64,000 bases of DNA from the NCBI GenBank assembly GCA_040954595.2, contig CM082590.2, positions 1,054,001 through 1,118,000 on the forward strand, read 5' to 3'. Positions within the stretch are counted from its first letter, which is position 1, and each line of letters opens with the position of its first letter. Both the position numbers and the translations under genes were made by a program. Source of the stretch: Balanoglossus misakiensis. Lineage: Eukaryota; Animalia; Hemichordata. Below the pieces are notes generated by a model. That model was not told the DNA's origin. It worked only from the letters and a program-made list of their open reading frames with translations, and searched no databases. Shown piece by piece: positions 63,477 to 64,000 of the stretch.

Positions 63477-64000
63477 CCCTCTGCTTCTTCTTCCCCGAAT
63501 TTTGACTAGGTAAATCTGGAAAATTTCAGCAGCTACAGGGCTCAAACTTGGAATTGTGATAGATGCCAATCATGCATTGAACTTTTGAATTTTTAATTGG
63601 TCATGTGACCTGGCTTCACAAACACTGCAAGGCCATTCAAGTTCAAATTTGGTGTGTAATATAAATGTCCTCTGCCCTTCAAAGTTCAAAAATAAAATCA
63701 TGAGCGATCATTTGACATTGGCTGCCATATTGGATTTTCAAAAAATCTCACTAAATTTCAAAAAATAATTTTCTCCAGAACCAGCAACTACCAAGTCACT
63801 GGATTTGGGGACACCTTACCAATGTCTGTCAAGTTTGCGAAGCGCATTGTGATTGGTCTAACCTTATGTCGGCCATATCACTACATTTCACAACTAAGAC
63901 ACTGTGTATAGCTTGTGACTCGTATGAGGACTTTAGAGTAAGACACAGCCTATAACCATCCAAGCTAGTGAGACAAGGATTCTGCAAAAGAAGTTCAATG

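Overview
AT-rich eukaryotic DNA, probably from a marine invertebrate (inferred from spliceosomal introns and the transposon families present). The window is almost entirely nested transposable elements, and I can identify no ordinary host gene, RNA gene or CRISPR array. From left to right it contains: (1) a DIRS/Ngaro-type tyrosine recombinase remnant; (2) a gag-only Gmr1-like LTR element in a three-LTR tandem (ATAG TSD, perfect tRNA-Pro PBS) inside an inverted ~200-bp repeat array; (3) a spliced HECT E3-ligase pseudogene; (4) an IS3EU-like DDE transposase pseudogene convergent with the last exon of a second HECT gene; (5) a 4.7-kb fold-back made of two left halves of an Academ-like transposon; (6) a degraded Academ-like transposase followed by a herpes-BPLF1-like cysteine protease (candidate deubiquitinase) pseudogene; (7) a ~2.3-kb tandem array of branch-point/exon modules; (8) a spliced Sola-like transposase interrupted by an intact, very young Gypsy element. 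Many MITEs are scattered throughout (TTAA Kolobok-like, HINE/Helentron-like, palindromic). The most notable theme is DNA transposons apparently carrying ubiquitin-system cargo, a HECT ligase and a DUB-like protease. All family calls come from motif recognition by eye; no database searches were run.
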